Assembly (NCBI GenBank): GCA_902491475.1
Contig: CABUHY010000008.1
Span: 1,986-65,985, forward strand
DNA: 64,000 bases
Direction of reading: 5' to 3'
From: an uncultured Eubacteriales bacterium
Lineage (GTDB): Bacteria; Bacillota; Clostridia; Oscillospirales; Acutalibacteraceae
The notes under the pieces were generated by a model. That model saw only the letters and a program-made list of their open reading frames with translations. It made no database searches and was not told the DNA's origin. A program made the position numbers and the translations under genes. How positions within the stretch are numbered: position 1 is the stretch's first letter; each line of letters opens with the position of its first letter. Shown here piece by piece: positions 7,609 through 16,889 of the stretch.

Positions 7609-10054
7609 CAGGGTTGACGCAAACGATTTGAAAAGAAGTTTTATAAGCATTCTCCCCTTAACATTTATTGCGTTTTTCGCCCTTGCGGCATTCCACATTG
7701 CGCCCGTTATAGCATATGTACAAAGGCGTGATTTCCGTCTTGAACGAATTCAGAAGGCGGTTCTCTCATGCTTCTTAACCTCGGACAGCAACCTTGTAAA
7801 CTTCATTCAGATAGGTATGGTGCTTTGCGGCGTGCTTATGGCGTTTGCGCTGTTCCAGTTCTTAATGAAAAAGAAAACCGTGAATGTGTATTTAAGTTTC
7901 GGAATGACACGCTCAAAGCTCTATTTCAACAGACTTTTTGCGGCTGTGCTCTCGCTTTTCGTTTGCACCTTCGTTCCCACATTTATAACATTTATTCTTA
8001 ACCTTATATATTTCGGAGCAAGCTCGCACCTTACCAGCCTGTTCTGTTATATGTTCTTAATGGAATTTGTCAGCGGTCTTGCGGGCTTTGCACTCGCTTC
8101 GGCTGTTATGGCGATTTCGGGATGTATGATTGAGTCGGTTATCACTGCGGCAGGCTTGTCGGTATGGCCGATGCTTTTGAGCAATATCACGGGCGTTTTG
8201 TCGGAAATTGTCAGAGGCTACAACTACAATGCCGGTGCGGATATTGCAAGAGGCGTAAAGTACAATCTTTTCAATATCTGGCAGTTTGCATCCGACCTTG
8301 AACCGCTCAGCGGTAAATCGACCGAATACAATTACGAAAAAACCTTTGTTGCCTTGGGTCAGCTTACAAAAAAGGCTTCATTTAAGGCTGACCAGTGCAT
8401 CGACTTGGGCGTACTGCTTCCGATTATCATTTGGCTCGTTATAAGCATCGCTCTTGTCGGCATAGCGTGGTTCCTTATTAACAAGAGAAAGAGCGAAAAC
8501 TCAAACTCGTTCGGCAAGTTCTATTTAACAAGCGCACTCAACGGCATAACGGTATTCCTTATAGCTCTTACCGTTATCAGCAGCGAGTTGACATATCAGT
8601 ATTCCAATTCGGAAGGCTCGCCTATGTTCCAAAATCTCGGTCTGTGCCTGCTTGCGGCGCTCGGCGTTACGCTCATAGCGTTCTTCGTGGCAGAGCTTAT
8701 TATAAGAAGAAACTTCAAGGGAACCTTGAGGACTCTCCCCGTTTATGCAGCCGCTTTTGCTGTGACGATATTCGTATTTGCTTACTACGGCACAAGCTGC
8801 TTCGGCACATATAACAAGCTCCCCGACATCTCGCAGATTAAATCCGTTTCCATGGATGTAAACGACAACAGAATGGCCATCCTTGACAATGCGGCAGTTT
8901 CTTCAAAGTATCTTTCGGAGAATGCCGAGGACATCAAAACCGCAGTTACCCTTTTTGAAACAGTCAAAGATGACACTTACTACAAGGGTGCGGAAATTGA
9001 GGGCTATATCGGTTTCAAGTTCATTCTCAACGACGGAACGGAAATTGCAAGAAGTTTCAAGGTGTTCACGCCTGAAGTATATAACAAATACAACAGAACT
9101 GTTTACGACACACAGTTCTATAAGAACTTCCTGAAATATGTGCTTGTTGACAACCACGGCTCCGTAACGGACACCAACGACGAAGTCGCACATTATTCGC
9201 AGTACGGCGATGTTGTCTATTACTCGGAAGGCACTCAGACCGCAAGTAATTTTGAAAATACGCCTTGGTATTATGTTGGTCCGTCATTCCTTGTTGACAA
9301 CTATTCGACAAAGTACGGCACCGATAAGCTCGAAGCGCTTGAAGAGACCGACGGTCTTATGGAAGCCGTATACAAGGACTTCATTGCAATGTCTTACGAC
9401 GACGCGCACACAAACAGCCGTACACCTGTCGGAGCGGTAACAACCTCTATCGATAAGGCTACAACGGCTGACTCAAAGCTTATTGTAAGATACGGCAGCT
9501 ATTATGTAGAGGACGACTATGCCTATTATGACAGTTCCTATGACAGCAATGAGGAGCCCGAGAAAATCATAAAAGGTATGGCAAACTATTCGCTGTACAT
9601 CTACCCCAATATGACAAATACCATCAAGTACCTCAACGACAACGCTATCAATCCCCTTGCATACACGGGAAAGGTCAAGGAAGTATATTATGCCGATACG
9701 AATTATGCTATAAGCTCTGTTCTCAGCCACTATGCCGACGGCTCAAAACTCAACGACAGCTACAAAGCGTTTGATATTTCCAATGACTTGAGCGTTTATA
9801 ATTACGGTGCGGCTGACGATGACTCCCCTGCAATGAGCTATATGGACTTTATTAAAAACGCATATGCGGGTGCGGAAATCGAGCTCAAAACCGTATCTGG
9901 CGCAAAGGCTGAAGAAATCGTTTCAAAGTCTGTCCCCTATTACGAGCCCGACAGAGGCACGGAATTCAAGGGCAAAGCAATTATAGTTGTTTACGACGAC
10001 AACTCGATTACGGGTCTTTATGTTCCCGAAGGCAACACAGGCGTTTTCGGATAA
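7583..10054 (+). CDS. Large polytopic membrane protein (823 aa) with a C-terminal soluble domain of about 400 aa; putative atypical ABC partner
   Basis: Start moved to the ATG at 7583, which has GGAGG 9 nt upstream. The ORF overlaps the ATPase gene by 26 nt. The N-terminal half has about 10 hydrophobic helices. The C-terminal half is Y/D/N-rich with no motif I recognise. Confidence 0.7.
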   Translation: MISQRYSNDRVDANDLKRSFISILPLTFIAFFALAAFHIAPVIAYVQRRDFRLERIQKAVLSCFLTSDSNLVNFIQIGMVLCGVLMAFALFQFLMKKKTVNVYLSFGMTRSKLYFNRLFAAVLSLFVCTFVPTFITFILNLIYFGASSHLTSLFCYMFLMEFVSGLAGFALASAVMAISGCMIESVITAAGLSVWPMLLSNITGVLSEIVRGYNYNAGADIARGVKYNLFNIWQFASDLEPLSGKSTEYNYEKTFVALGQLTKKASFKADQCIDLGVLLPIIIWLVISIALVGIAWFLINKRKSENSNSFGKFYLTSALNGITVFLIALTVISSELTYQYSNSEGSPMFQNLGLCLLAALGVTLIAFFVAELIIRRNFKGTLRTLPVYAAAFAVTIFVFAYYGTSCFGTYNKLPDISQIKSVSMDVNDNRMAILDNAAVSSKYLSENAEDIKTAVTLFETVKDDTYYKGAEIEGYIGFKFILNDGTEIARSFKVFTPEVYNKYNRTVYDTQFYKNFLKYVLVDNHGSVTDTNDEVAHYSQYGDVVYYSEGTQTASNFENTPWYYVGPSFLVDNYSTKYGTDKLEALEETDGLMEAVYKDFIAMSYDDAHTNSRTPVGAVTTSIDKATTADSKLIVRYGSYYVEDDYAYYDSSYDSNEEPEKIIKGMANYSLYIYPNMTNTIKYLNDNAINPLAYTGKVKEVYYADTNYAISSVLSHYADGSKLNDSYKAFDISNDLSVYNYGAADDDSPAMSYMDFIKNAYAGAEIELKTVSGAKAEEIVSKSVPYYEPDRGTEFKGKAIIVVYDDNSITGLYVPEGNTGVFG

Positions 10055-10072
10055 AAAACGATAATATGACAA

Positions 10073-10110
10073 AAGGCACTCTTTCAAAAAGAGTGCCTTA
10101 ACTTTTATTT
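10073..10110 (+). terminator. Rho-independent terminator
   Basis: Perfect 12-bp stem aaggcactcttt / aaagagtgcctt with a 3-nt loop, followed by a T-rich tract. Confidence 0.7.
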
Positions 10111-10123
10111 GCTTAAAAAGGAC

Positions 10124-10152
10124 AAAAAAATAGCCCCCCTATTGGAGAACTA
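10124..10152 (-). terminator. Terminator downstream of the 5S rRNA
   Basis: On the minus strand the hairpin is UAGUUCUCC-AAUA-GGGGGGCUA (includes G-U pairs), followed by a run of 7 T. Confidence 0.5.
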
Positions 10153-10163
10153 CTTTTGTTTAT

Positions 10164-10279
<116 letters not shown>

Positions 10280-10325
10280 TTGTGAGAAACTCTGTTTTGC
10301 AACTCATCTCTCAAGTGCAAGACAG

Positions 10326-10354
10326 AGTATACCACAACCTTTTTCAAAAATCAA
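10326..10354 (-). promoter_or_regulatory. Putative dedicated promoter for the 5S rRNA
   Basis: On the minus strand: TTGATT, 17-nt spacer ending in TGG (extended -10), then TATACT. It lies about 45 nt upstream of the mature 5S 5' end. Confidence 0.5.
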
Positions 10355-10388
10355 GTGTTTTTTTAATATTTTTTTACTTTTTTATGAA

Positions 10389-10889
10389 TTATTCGTTTAT
10401 ATACACTTTTTCGACCTTTCCGACATAAATTTTGTGGAAATCGCCGTTAGCGTAATTTTTCATAATATTTTCGTCAAGGAAGCCGTCGGGGTTCATATCG
10501 GAAACCGCAATTTTTTTAAGAACGATTACAGCCTTTGCCTGTTCAAAGGTAACCGCTCCGTCCGCAGCTATCGGAACAAAGCCTGTTTCCTTTGCCTTGT
10601 CCGTGTCCCTGCCCGACTTTGCGCCGCAAATGCCGAGTTCTTTTTTGTATTCGCCGTCAAAAAACGAAAGAGTAAACATATCGTTCTTTTCCATATAGCC
10701 GTAAGTGTATCTCTGAGGGCGTACAAAGCACGCTACGACATCCTTTCCCCAAAGCTCGCCTACCAATCCCCAGCTGACGGTCATGGTGTTCCAGTCGCTT
10801 ATATCGCCCGATGTGAGCAACGCCCAATCGTCGGCTATCATTTCAACGGGAGACTTCTTCAAATCTCTGATGTTTATTTCTTTAAGCAT
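10389..10889 (-). CDS. Flavin reductase-like (FMN-binding split-barrel) protein
   Basis: 166 aa. The pattern WALLTSGD...NTMTVSWG...FVRPQRYT is typical of this family. Confidence 0.75.
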   Translation of the reverse strand: MLKEINIRDLKKSPVEMIADDWALLTSGDISDWNTMTVSWGLVGELWGKDVVACFVRPQRYTYGYMEKNDMFTLSFFDGEYKKELGICGAKSGRDTDKAKETGFVPIAADGAVTFEQAKAVIVLKKIAVSDMNPDGFLDENIMKNYANGDFHKIYVGKVEKVYINE

Positions 10890-11005
10890 AATTTTTCCTC
10901 CTTAGGTGTTTACTTAATTATTATATACCTTTTTGAATTTTATGACAACAAAAAGCGGAGAAAATCGATTGCTCGCCTTCTCCGCTTAACTTAACTATTC
11001 GGTTA

Positions 11006-12613
11006 TCAATACTGTTCACTCTGTCCCTGATTGTAGAAATATCCGAAAGGATTGTAGGACTGAGTGGTTGTTTCCTCGGCAACTGTTGCTGCGTTTCCCT
11101 TGTCCTCGACAAGAGCTACGGTAACATCAAACTCAGTAATCTGATAGTTTGCGTCAACATGGCAAATTGTGAGCGTAAGCTGATCTCCTACCTTTGAGTT
11201 TTCAATCAAATCGGGCAGCTTATCCGTTGTGTCAAGCTCCTCGCCGTTTACCTTGGTAATGAGGTCGCCGGGCGAAACCTGTGTGTTTACAAGCGGGCTG
11301 TCCGTTGTAATGCTCTTGATAACAAGCGAACCTGCGGGAAGTCCTTTGACGCCGACGAGCATACTGTAACTCTGGCTTGCCTGTGCGGGAGTGTAGGTAA
11401 TGCCGAGCTTTGCCCTGTCTGTTACATAGCCGTTTTCGATAATATCGTTATAGATTTTAACAAATGTTTCGCTCGGTACGGCAAAGCCCATACCCTCGTA
11501 ATCCGTGCTTGAAATCTTTGAAGAGTTGATACCTACAAGCTGACCCTTTGAGTTTACAAGTGCACCGCCCGAGTTACCGGGGTTAATAGCCGCCGTATGC
11601 TGAATACATTCCATTTCGTAGCCGATTTGGCTGTTTACGGGTCTTGCGATGGCGGATACCATACCGTTTGTGAAAGAACCTGCGAAGTCAACGCCGCCGG
11701 GGTTACCGATTGCATAAACCGTCTCGCCTACGCTCAAAGCGCTTGAATCGCCTATTTCAACTGCGGTAAGACCTGTTTTTGCAATTCTCATAACCGCAAT
11801 GTCGGTTTTTGCGTCATAGCCGATAAGCGTTGCGTCATACTGCGACTCATCATAAAGCTGAACCTTTATCATTCCGCCGTCCGAAACAACATGGGCGCAG
11901 GTTATGATATATGTGTATTTGCCGTCGTTATCCTCGCCTACAATAACGCCCGAACCCTGACTTGAAAGGGTGTTTGTGCCCGAATTCGAGTAAACAAGAA
12001 CGCCGACCGAAGCTTCTTTAACCTTGTTGTAAACTCCTACAGCCGTAAGTTCGCCCGAGCTGTCTGTCTCAGTTGCGGAATCCGAAGCGTTTGCGGAAAG
12101 CGTGGGTCCGTCTACCTTAACCTTTGAGTCGTCGGTCTTGCCGAAAATCGAAAGCATCGTAAAGAAAACCGCAAGCGCCGCGATAACCGCAACAACGATA
12201 AAGAAAATCTTTACGCCCTTTTTCTTGCCGTTTTCATTGTGAGCGGGCACAAACTCGCCGTTTACAGTATAGCCGTTCGGCTGAGTGCTGTAAGAGGAGT
12301 CGGCATGGAAAGGACGGTTCGGTCCAGCATTGTAGCCGTGATAAACATAATTGTTTCTGCCGTAGCCGTTGTTCGGATTATTCTGTCCGTAATAGCCGCT
12401 GTTGTTGTGCGGTGCGCCGTTATAGCCCGTATTATAGGGAGAATATCCGCCGGGTCTGCCCTGATTGTAACCGTTGTTGGGATTGTACTGTCCCTGCTGA
12501 CTGTAAGAAGAGTCGGACTGATGAGAAGCAGTATTTTGGTTGGCATTCTCTTTCTTCTCGGTGTTTTCCGAAGTCTCATTGTTCGGAGTTTTGTTTTCAT
12601 CAAATTCGCTCAT
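11006..12613 (-). CDS. htrA: HtrA/DegP-family serine protease: Q/N/G/Y-rich N-terminal tail, one TM, trypsin-like domain, PDZ
   Basis: Start set at the ATG at 12613, which has an AGGAGG RBS. The catalytic motifs are TCAHVV, DIAVMRI and GNSGGAL. A PDZ-like C-terminus is present. Confidence 0.85.
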   Translation of the reverse strand: MSEFDENKTPNNETSENTEKKENANQNTASHQSDSSYSQQGQYNPNNGYNQGRPGGYSPYNTGYNGAPHNNSGYYGQNNPNNGYGRNNYVYHGYNAGPNRPFHADSSYSTQPNGYTVNGEFVPAHNENGKKKGVKIFFIVVAVIAALAVFFTMLSIFGKTDDSKVKVDGPTLSANASDSATETDSSGELTAVGVYNKVKEASVGVLVYSNSGTNTLSSQGSGVIVGEDNDGKYTYIITCAHVVSDGGMIKVQLYDESQYDATLIGYDAKTDIAVMRIAKTGLTAVEIGDSSALSVGETVYAIGNPGGVDFAGSFTNGMVSAIARPVNSQIGYEMECIQHTAAINPGNSGGALVNSKGQLVGINSSKISSTDYEGMGFAVPSETFVKIYNDIIENGYVTDRAKLGITYTPAQASQSYSMLVGVKGLPAGSLVIKSITTDSPLVNTQVSPGDLITKVNGEELDTTDKLPDLIENSKVGDQLTLTICHVDANYQITEFDVTVALVEDKGNAATVAEETTTQSYNPFGYFYNQGQSEQY

Positions 12614-12629
12614 TGGTATAAGCCTCCTG

Positions 12630-14162
12630 TTATGCATTATTCCGATAATTCGGAACAGTAAATTCAAATTGGGTATATTCGTTCTCGACGCTTTCGGCGC
12701 TTACTGTGCCTCCGTGGAGCTCGACTATCGTCTTTACGATATAAAGACCGAGTCCTGCGCTCTTAGTGTCGTAACTTCTTGATTTATCTACCTTATAAAA
12801 CCTCTCAAACACCTTTGACAGCTCTTCGTTTGAAATACCCGCTCCGGTATTTCTGATTTTAACGCTTACGGAGCCGTCCTCATTTGTTTCAACAAAGACA
12901 TAAATCTGTCCGTTTTCCGTAAACTTGACCGCATTGTCGACAAGGTTGTATATGACCTGATGGATAAGATCCTCGTCGGCGCACACATTTGTCGGTACAA
13001 GAGCGTCAAGTCCGCATATCTCAATATTCTTCTGTTTAATCTGCTGTTCGAACGAAACAAGAACATTGAAAATATCGTTGCAGATATTGAAGTTGACGGG
13101 ATTTAAGTTCAGCTCCCCTGCCTCGATTTTTGAAATGTTGAGCATTGCCACAACAAGCCTTGAAAGCCTCTTGGTTTCGTTCGACACGATTTCAAGATAA
13201 TGCTTTTCCTTTTCGGGTGGGATGGTTCCGTCAAGTATACCGTCGATAAAGCCGCTTATAGTGGTCATCGGCGTTTTAAGCTCGTGTGAAACATTTGCCA
13301 CAAAGCTGCGGCGTGAGCTCTCATACAGAGCAAGGCTTGAAGCCATTGAGTTGAACGCCCGCAACAGGTGTGCAAGCTCCGTATCATCATTCTTGCGTAC
13401 TTTGACACGATAGCTGAAATCGCCCTTTGCGTAACACTTGGTAGCCCTCGACATATCTTTAAGAGGACTCAACAGGTCGTTTGTAAAGAAATATGTCGCA
13501 ATCGCACCGATAACAAGCGCAAACAGCGTACCTATCCAGAATATCTTCATTGAATTTGAAAGATAATCAAGCGCTCCCGAAGAAGTTGGTTTAACCGCAA
13601 ACACAACCGCAACCGTCTTGCCGTCTACAACGACAGGGCGTGCCGAATACATCTGCGCCTTTGTGTAAACGCCGTCAAGCGTTGACGCCGAATTGGAAGT
13701 TCCGTTTTCATCGATATTGTTTATTATCGACTTCGGTATAGAATAAAAGCTGTGTACTATACACTCGCCGTTACTGCTTATCTCGTAATTGTCGGAAACC
13801 AAATCCTTGCAAAGTATAACCTTACCGTCCGTGTTACAGACATAAACATCGGCGTCAATCGCCCGTGAAATCATTGAAATGTTGTTGCAGAGCATAAAGG
13901 TTGCGCTCTGCATATTGTCCTGCATACGGTTTGTAAGTATCTCTTCCGTCAAATCGGCAACCTGCTTTGTGTTTTCGGAGAGCTGCTTCATTGTCTCCTT
14001 GGTCCAGTTGTTTGTTCCGAAGAAGCTTACCGCAACGCCGAGGATTACAAAACAAAGGATTTCAAGAACGAAAAAAGCCGAAAAGTATTTAATGAATATA
14101 GAACGGCTTCTGAATGCTCGCTTGAGCCTTTTTATCAGCGAACCGCTTTTCCTGTTTGGCAT
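12630..14162 (-). CDS. Sensor histidine kinase (two TM helices, extracellular loop, HAMP, HisKA, HATPase_c)
   Basis: 510 aa. The H-box is SHELKTPMTTISGF, the N-box is NLVDNAVKF and the G-box region is GLGLYIV. Confidence 0.85.
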   Translation of the reverse strand: MPNRKSGSLIKRLKRAFRSRSIFIKYFSAFFVLEILCFVILGVAVSFFGTNNWTKETMKQLSENTKQVADLTEEILTNRMQDNMQSATFMLCNNISMISRAIDADVYVCNTDGKVILCKDLVSDNYEISSNGECIVHSFYSIPKSIINNIDENGTSNSASTLDGVYTKAQMYSARPVVVDGKTVAVVFAVKPTSSGALDYLSNSMKIFWIGTLFALVIGAIATYFFTNDLLSPLKDMSRATKCYAKGDFSYRVKVRKNDDTELAHLLRAFNSMASSLALYESSRRSFVANVSHELKTPMTTISGFIDGILDGTIPPEKEKHYLEIVSNETKRLSRLVVAMLNISKIEAGELNLNPVNFNICNDIFNVLVSFEQQIKQKNIEICGLDALVPTNVCADEDLIHQVIYNLVDNAVKFTENGQIYVFVETNEDGSVSVKIRNTGAGISNEELSKVFERFYKVDKSRSYDTKSAGLGLYIVKTIVELHGGTVSAESVENEYTQFEFTVPNYRNNA

Positions 14163-14167
14163 ATGTC

Positions 14168-14860
14168 TTAGTCCTTCGTCTCGAATTTATAGCCGACGCC
14201 CCAAACGGTTTTAAGCTCCCATTTGTCGGAAACGCCCTCTAATTTTTCACGAAGTCTTTTAACATGAACATCGACGGTTCTTGAGTCTCCGTAATAATCA
14301 AAGCCCCATACCTCGTCAAGAAGCTGGTCTCTCGAAAATACTCTGTTCGGATTGGACGCAAGGTGGAATATAAGCTCCAGCTCTTTGGGCGGAGTGTCTA
14401 CCTGAACGCCGTTTACCTTCATTTCATAGTTTTCAAGATTTATCGAAAGCTTATCGAAATTGACTTCCTTGGCATTTGCGGGGCCTGCCGAGCCTGCGCT
14501 TCTTCTGAGAACCGCTTTTATTCTCGCAACAATTTCCTTTGTATCAAAAGGCTTTGTGACATAGTCGTCTGCACCGAGCTCAAGGCCCAGAACCTTATCA
14601 AAGGTTTCGCCCTTGGCTGTGAGCATTATTATCGGTTTATCCGAAAACTTACGGATTTCCCTGCAAACCTGCCAGCCGTCGAGACCCGGAAGCATAATGT
14701 CAAGCAAAACAAGGTCGGGTGTTTCCGCTTTGAATGCGTCGACCGCACTCATACCGTCGTTTACTATTTTTGTCGCATAGCCTTCCTTTTCAAGATAAAG
14801 TCTCAAAAGTTCGCAAATATTGACATCGTCATCGACTATCATAATTTTTTCATTAGCCAT
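14168..14860 (-). CDS. OmpR/PhoB-family response regulator
   Basis: 230 aa. The receiver has DDD at the N-terminus, LLDIMLPGLDG and a conserved K. The C-terminal winged helix ends in TVWGVGYKF. Confidence 0.9.
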   Translation of the reverse strand: MANEKIMIVDDDVNICELLRLYLEKEGYATKIVNDGMSAVDAFKAETPDLVLLDIMLPGLDGWQVCREIRKFSDKPIIMLTAKGETFDKVLGLELGADDYVTKPFDTKEIVARIKAVLRRSAGSAGPANAKEVNFDKLSINLENYEMKVNGVQVDTPPKELELIFHLASNPNRVFSRDQLLDEVWGFDYYGDSRTVDVHVKRLREKLEGVSDKWELKTVWGVGYKFETKD

Positions 14861-14962
14861 TTTCGTTTCCTCCTGCCCTTTGTTTTCTACATAATAATGT
14901 AAAAATAATAATTAAATATGAACAAACATCAAACAAATGTTTAATTGTGAACAAGCGGCGTT

Positions 14963-16009
14963 TTATTTTGAAAACTTATATACCGTCTTTGACACAAACG
15001 GCTTTTCGGGAGTGAAGATATTGCTTATAAACTCCTCATGGTTTGCCGCATCGGGGAAATACTGCGTTTCAAGGCAGAAGCCCGTTCTGTATTCGAGAGG
15101 TTTGCCCGCCTTACCTGTCTGTGTACCGTTCATAAAGTTGCCGATATAGAATTGAACGCCCGGCAAATCCGTAAACGCTTCCATTGTAATACCGCTTTTT
15201 TCGGATTTAACAACCGTAAACCTTTTAAGCGTGCCGTCGTATCCCGAAATCGCAAAGTTGTGGTCATATCCCCTGCCGATAATAAGCTGCTCGTCCTTTT
15301 CGTCAACATCCCTGCCTATTGTTTTGGGCGTTCTGAAATCAAACGCAGTGCCCGTAACATCTCTTATCTCTCCCGTCGGGATAGCGTCCCCGTCCGTGGG
15401 AGTGTAAGCGTCGCAGAAGAACTGTACCTCGTGGTCGACAATCTGACCGCCGTCAAAGCCGTTAAGATTGAAATAAGCGTGATTTGTGACATTGAGCGGA
15501 CATTTTTCCGTGGGTACGCAGTTGTATTCGATTACAACCTCGTTGTCATTTGTAAAGGTAAACGAAACCTCGTTGTCAACCTCTCCGGGGAAGCCCTCCG
15601 CACCGTCGGGGCTGTGATAAGTAAACACAACCTTATTATCGCCGACGATTTCGCTGTTCCAGACAACCGTTTCATATTCGTGATTGCTGTGGAGAGTGAA
15701 TTTGCCGTCGACATTCTTGGTTATCTGATAATTTTTGCCGTCAATCGTAATTCCCTTGCCCGCAATTCTGTTTGCAACCCTGCCGACAGTCCTGCCCTGC
15801 GAGTCCGTACAGAGCTCCTGACCCTCAACGGTGTCAAAGCCGACAAGCACATCAAGCATTTTGCAGTTTTTGTCGGGAACAACGATTTTATTGAGCGTTG
15901 CGCCGTAATCAACAAGCTCGATATATGCGCCGCCGTCGTTTGTAATTGTAAAAGAATGAACATCGGTTCCGTCTTTAAGCTTTCCGTAAAAGTTTTTCTC
16001 GATTTTCAT
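14963..16009 (-). CDS. galM: Aldose 1-epimerase (galactose mutarotase)
   Basis: Start at the ATG at 16009, with a GGAGGGA RBS. Mutarotase motifs are GRVANRI, HSNH, TNHAYFNL and GFCLETQ. Confidence 0.85.
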   Translation of the reverse strand: MKIEKNFYGKLKDGTDVHSFTITNDGGAYIELVDYGATLNKIVVPDKNCKMLDVLVGFDTVEGQELCTDSQGRTVGRVANRIAGKGITIDGKNYQITKNVDGKFTLHSNHEYETVVWNSEIVGDNKVVFTYHSPDGAEGFPGEVDNEVSFTFTNDNEVVIEYNCVPTEKCPLNVTNHAYFNLNGFDGGQIVDHEVQFFCDAYTPTDGDAIPTGEIRDVTGTAFDFRTPKTIGRDVDEKDEQLIIGRGYDHNFAISGYDGTLKRFTVVKSEKSGITMEAFTDLPGVQFYIGNFMNGTQTGKAGKPLEYRTGFCLETQYFPDAANHEEFISNIFTPEKPFVSKTVYKFSK

Positions 16010-16145
16010 AGTTTGTCCCTCCGTACAAAAATATAAGATAAGTATATAATTATTGGGAATTTGTGTCAAGAATAAGGGATTTGTTTTATTGACTTTTAAC
16101 GCATTTAATTGTATTCTTATAGTATCTTTTACAAGGAGAAAAAGT

Positions 16146-16877
16146 ATGGAAGCTTTTCTTGAACAGTTCGACTATTTTGTACGCTATATTTTTGCCGCAA
16201 TCGCAGTCGTAATTCTTTTAAGATGCGTGTTTTCGCTGTTCCGCTCAAGACCGAGACGGGAAACAATGGCAACGCTTATAAACCTTGCCGACGACACGGA
16301 AATCGACATTGAAAACTGGGAGACTTCAATAGGCAGAAGCCGTTCGTGCGACATCTCACTGAAAAAGTACGGCACGGTCTCAAGATTTCATGCTGTTCTG
16401 GCTCTTCGCAAGGACGGTTGGTTCGTTTTCGACACCGACTCGAAAACGGGCGTTTATGTAAACGGAGAGCAGATACGCCATGCCGCAAGAATTTCCGACG
16501 GCGACACCGTTTCGTTCGGAAATGCGGTAATGAAATTCTCCTCACACGGCTACGGCGAGGAAACCGAGGGCGAAGAGGCTCAGACGGTTGACTTCACAAA
16601 CGCAACAAGGCTTGTAAACCTTGCCGACAAGAGCGCTTATTACCTCAACGGAAGCTGCCTTTTCGGCAGAAGCAGAAGCTGCAACATCTGCCTGCCTATG
16701 GACGACATATCCAAGGAGCACGCCGAGGTTTACCTTACAAAGGACGGCTGGATGATAGCCGACCTCAATTCCGAAAACGGCACTTACTTAAACGGAGAGC
16801 TTGTGTTTGACGCATATCCCCTTTATGACGGCGATGTCATAACAATCGGCTCTTACAGCTTTATGTTCAGAGAATAA
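16146..16877 (+). CDS. Membrane-anchored protein with two FHA domains
   Basis: Start at the ATG at 16146, with an AAGGAG RBS. There is one N-terminal TM helix. The two FHA signatures are GRSRSCDISL...VSRFHA...SKTGVYVNG and GRSRSCNICL...ISKEHA...SENGTYLNG. Confidence 0.8.
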   Translation: MEAFLEQFDYFVRYIFAAIAVVILLRCVFSLFRSRPRRETMATLINLADDTEIDIENWETSIGRSRSCDISLKKYGTVSRFHAVLALRKDGWFVFDTDSKTGVYVNGEQIRHAARISDGDTVSFGNAVMKFSSHGYGEETEGEEAQTVDFTNATRLVNLADKSAYYLNGSCLFGRSRSCNICLPMDDISKEHAEVYLTKDGWMIADLNSENGTYLNGELVFDAYPLYDGDVITIGSYSFMFRE

Positions 16878-16889
16878 GGGGGGATTACT

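Noticed and set aside
12239-12661. ORFs of 140 aa and 113 aa (12239-12661 plus strand, 12262-12603 minus strand) overlapping the 5' end of htrA.
   Set aside because: They are a by-product of the compositionally biased DNA that encodes the Q/N/G/Y-rich HtrA tail. The htrA frame continues into unmistakable protease motifs.
15038-16036. A 332-aa ORF on the plus strand, fully antisense to galM. Similar long antisense ORFs occur at 36203-37174 (adhE), 23929-24858 (giant gene), 54314-55180 (fhs), 59098-59922 and 60792-61550 (alaS), 45518-46177, 38475-39077, 10434-10994 and 14363-14902.
   Set aside because: Each lies entirely inside a gene with strong family motifs on the other strand. Their translations are low-complexity or Arg/Cys/Phe-rich and have no motifs or RBS. 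They are shadow ORFs.
16010-16145. N-terminal extensions proposed by the track for many ORFs, for example 16053, 14963-16069, 21981-23072, 20842, 47943, 53182, 54476-56203, 34952-35725, 42891-44171 and 11006-12667.
   Set aside because: In each case an internal ATG or GTG is preceded by a good Shine-Dalgarno sequence and coincides with the start of family homology. The upstream extension runs through promoter, riboswitch or neighbouring-gene sequence.
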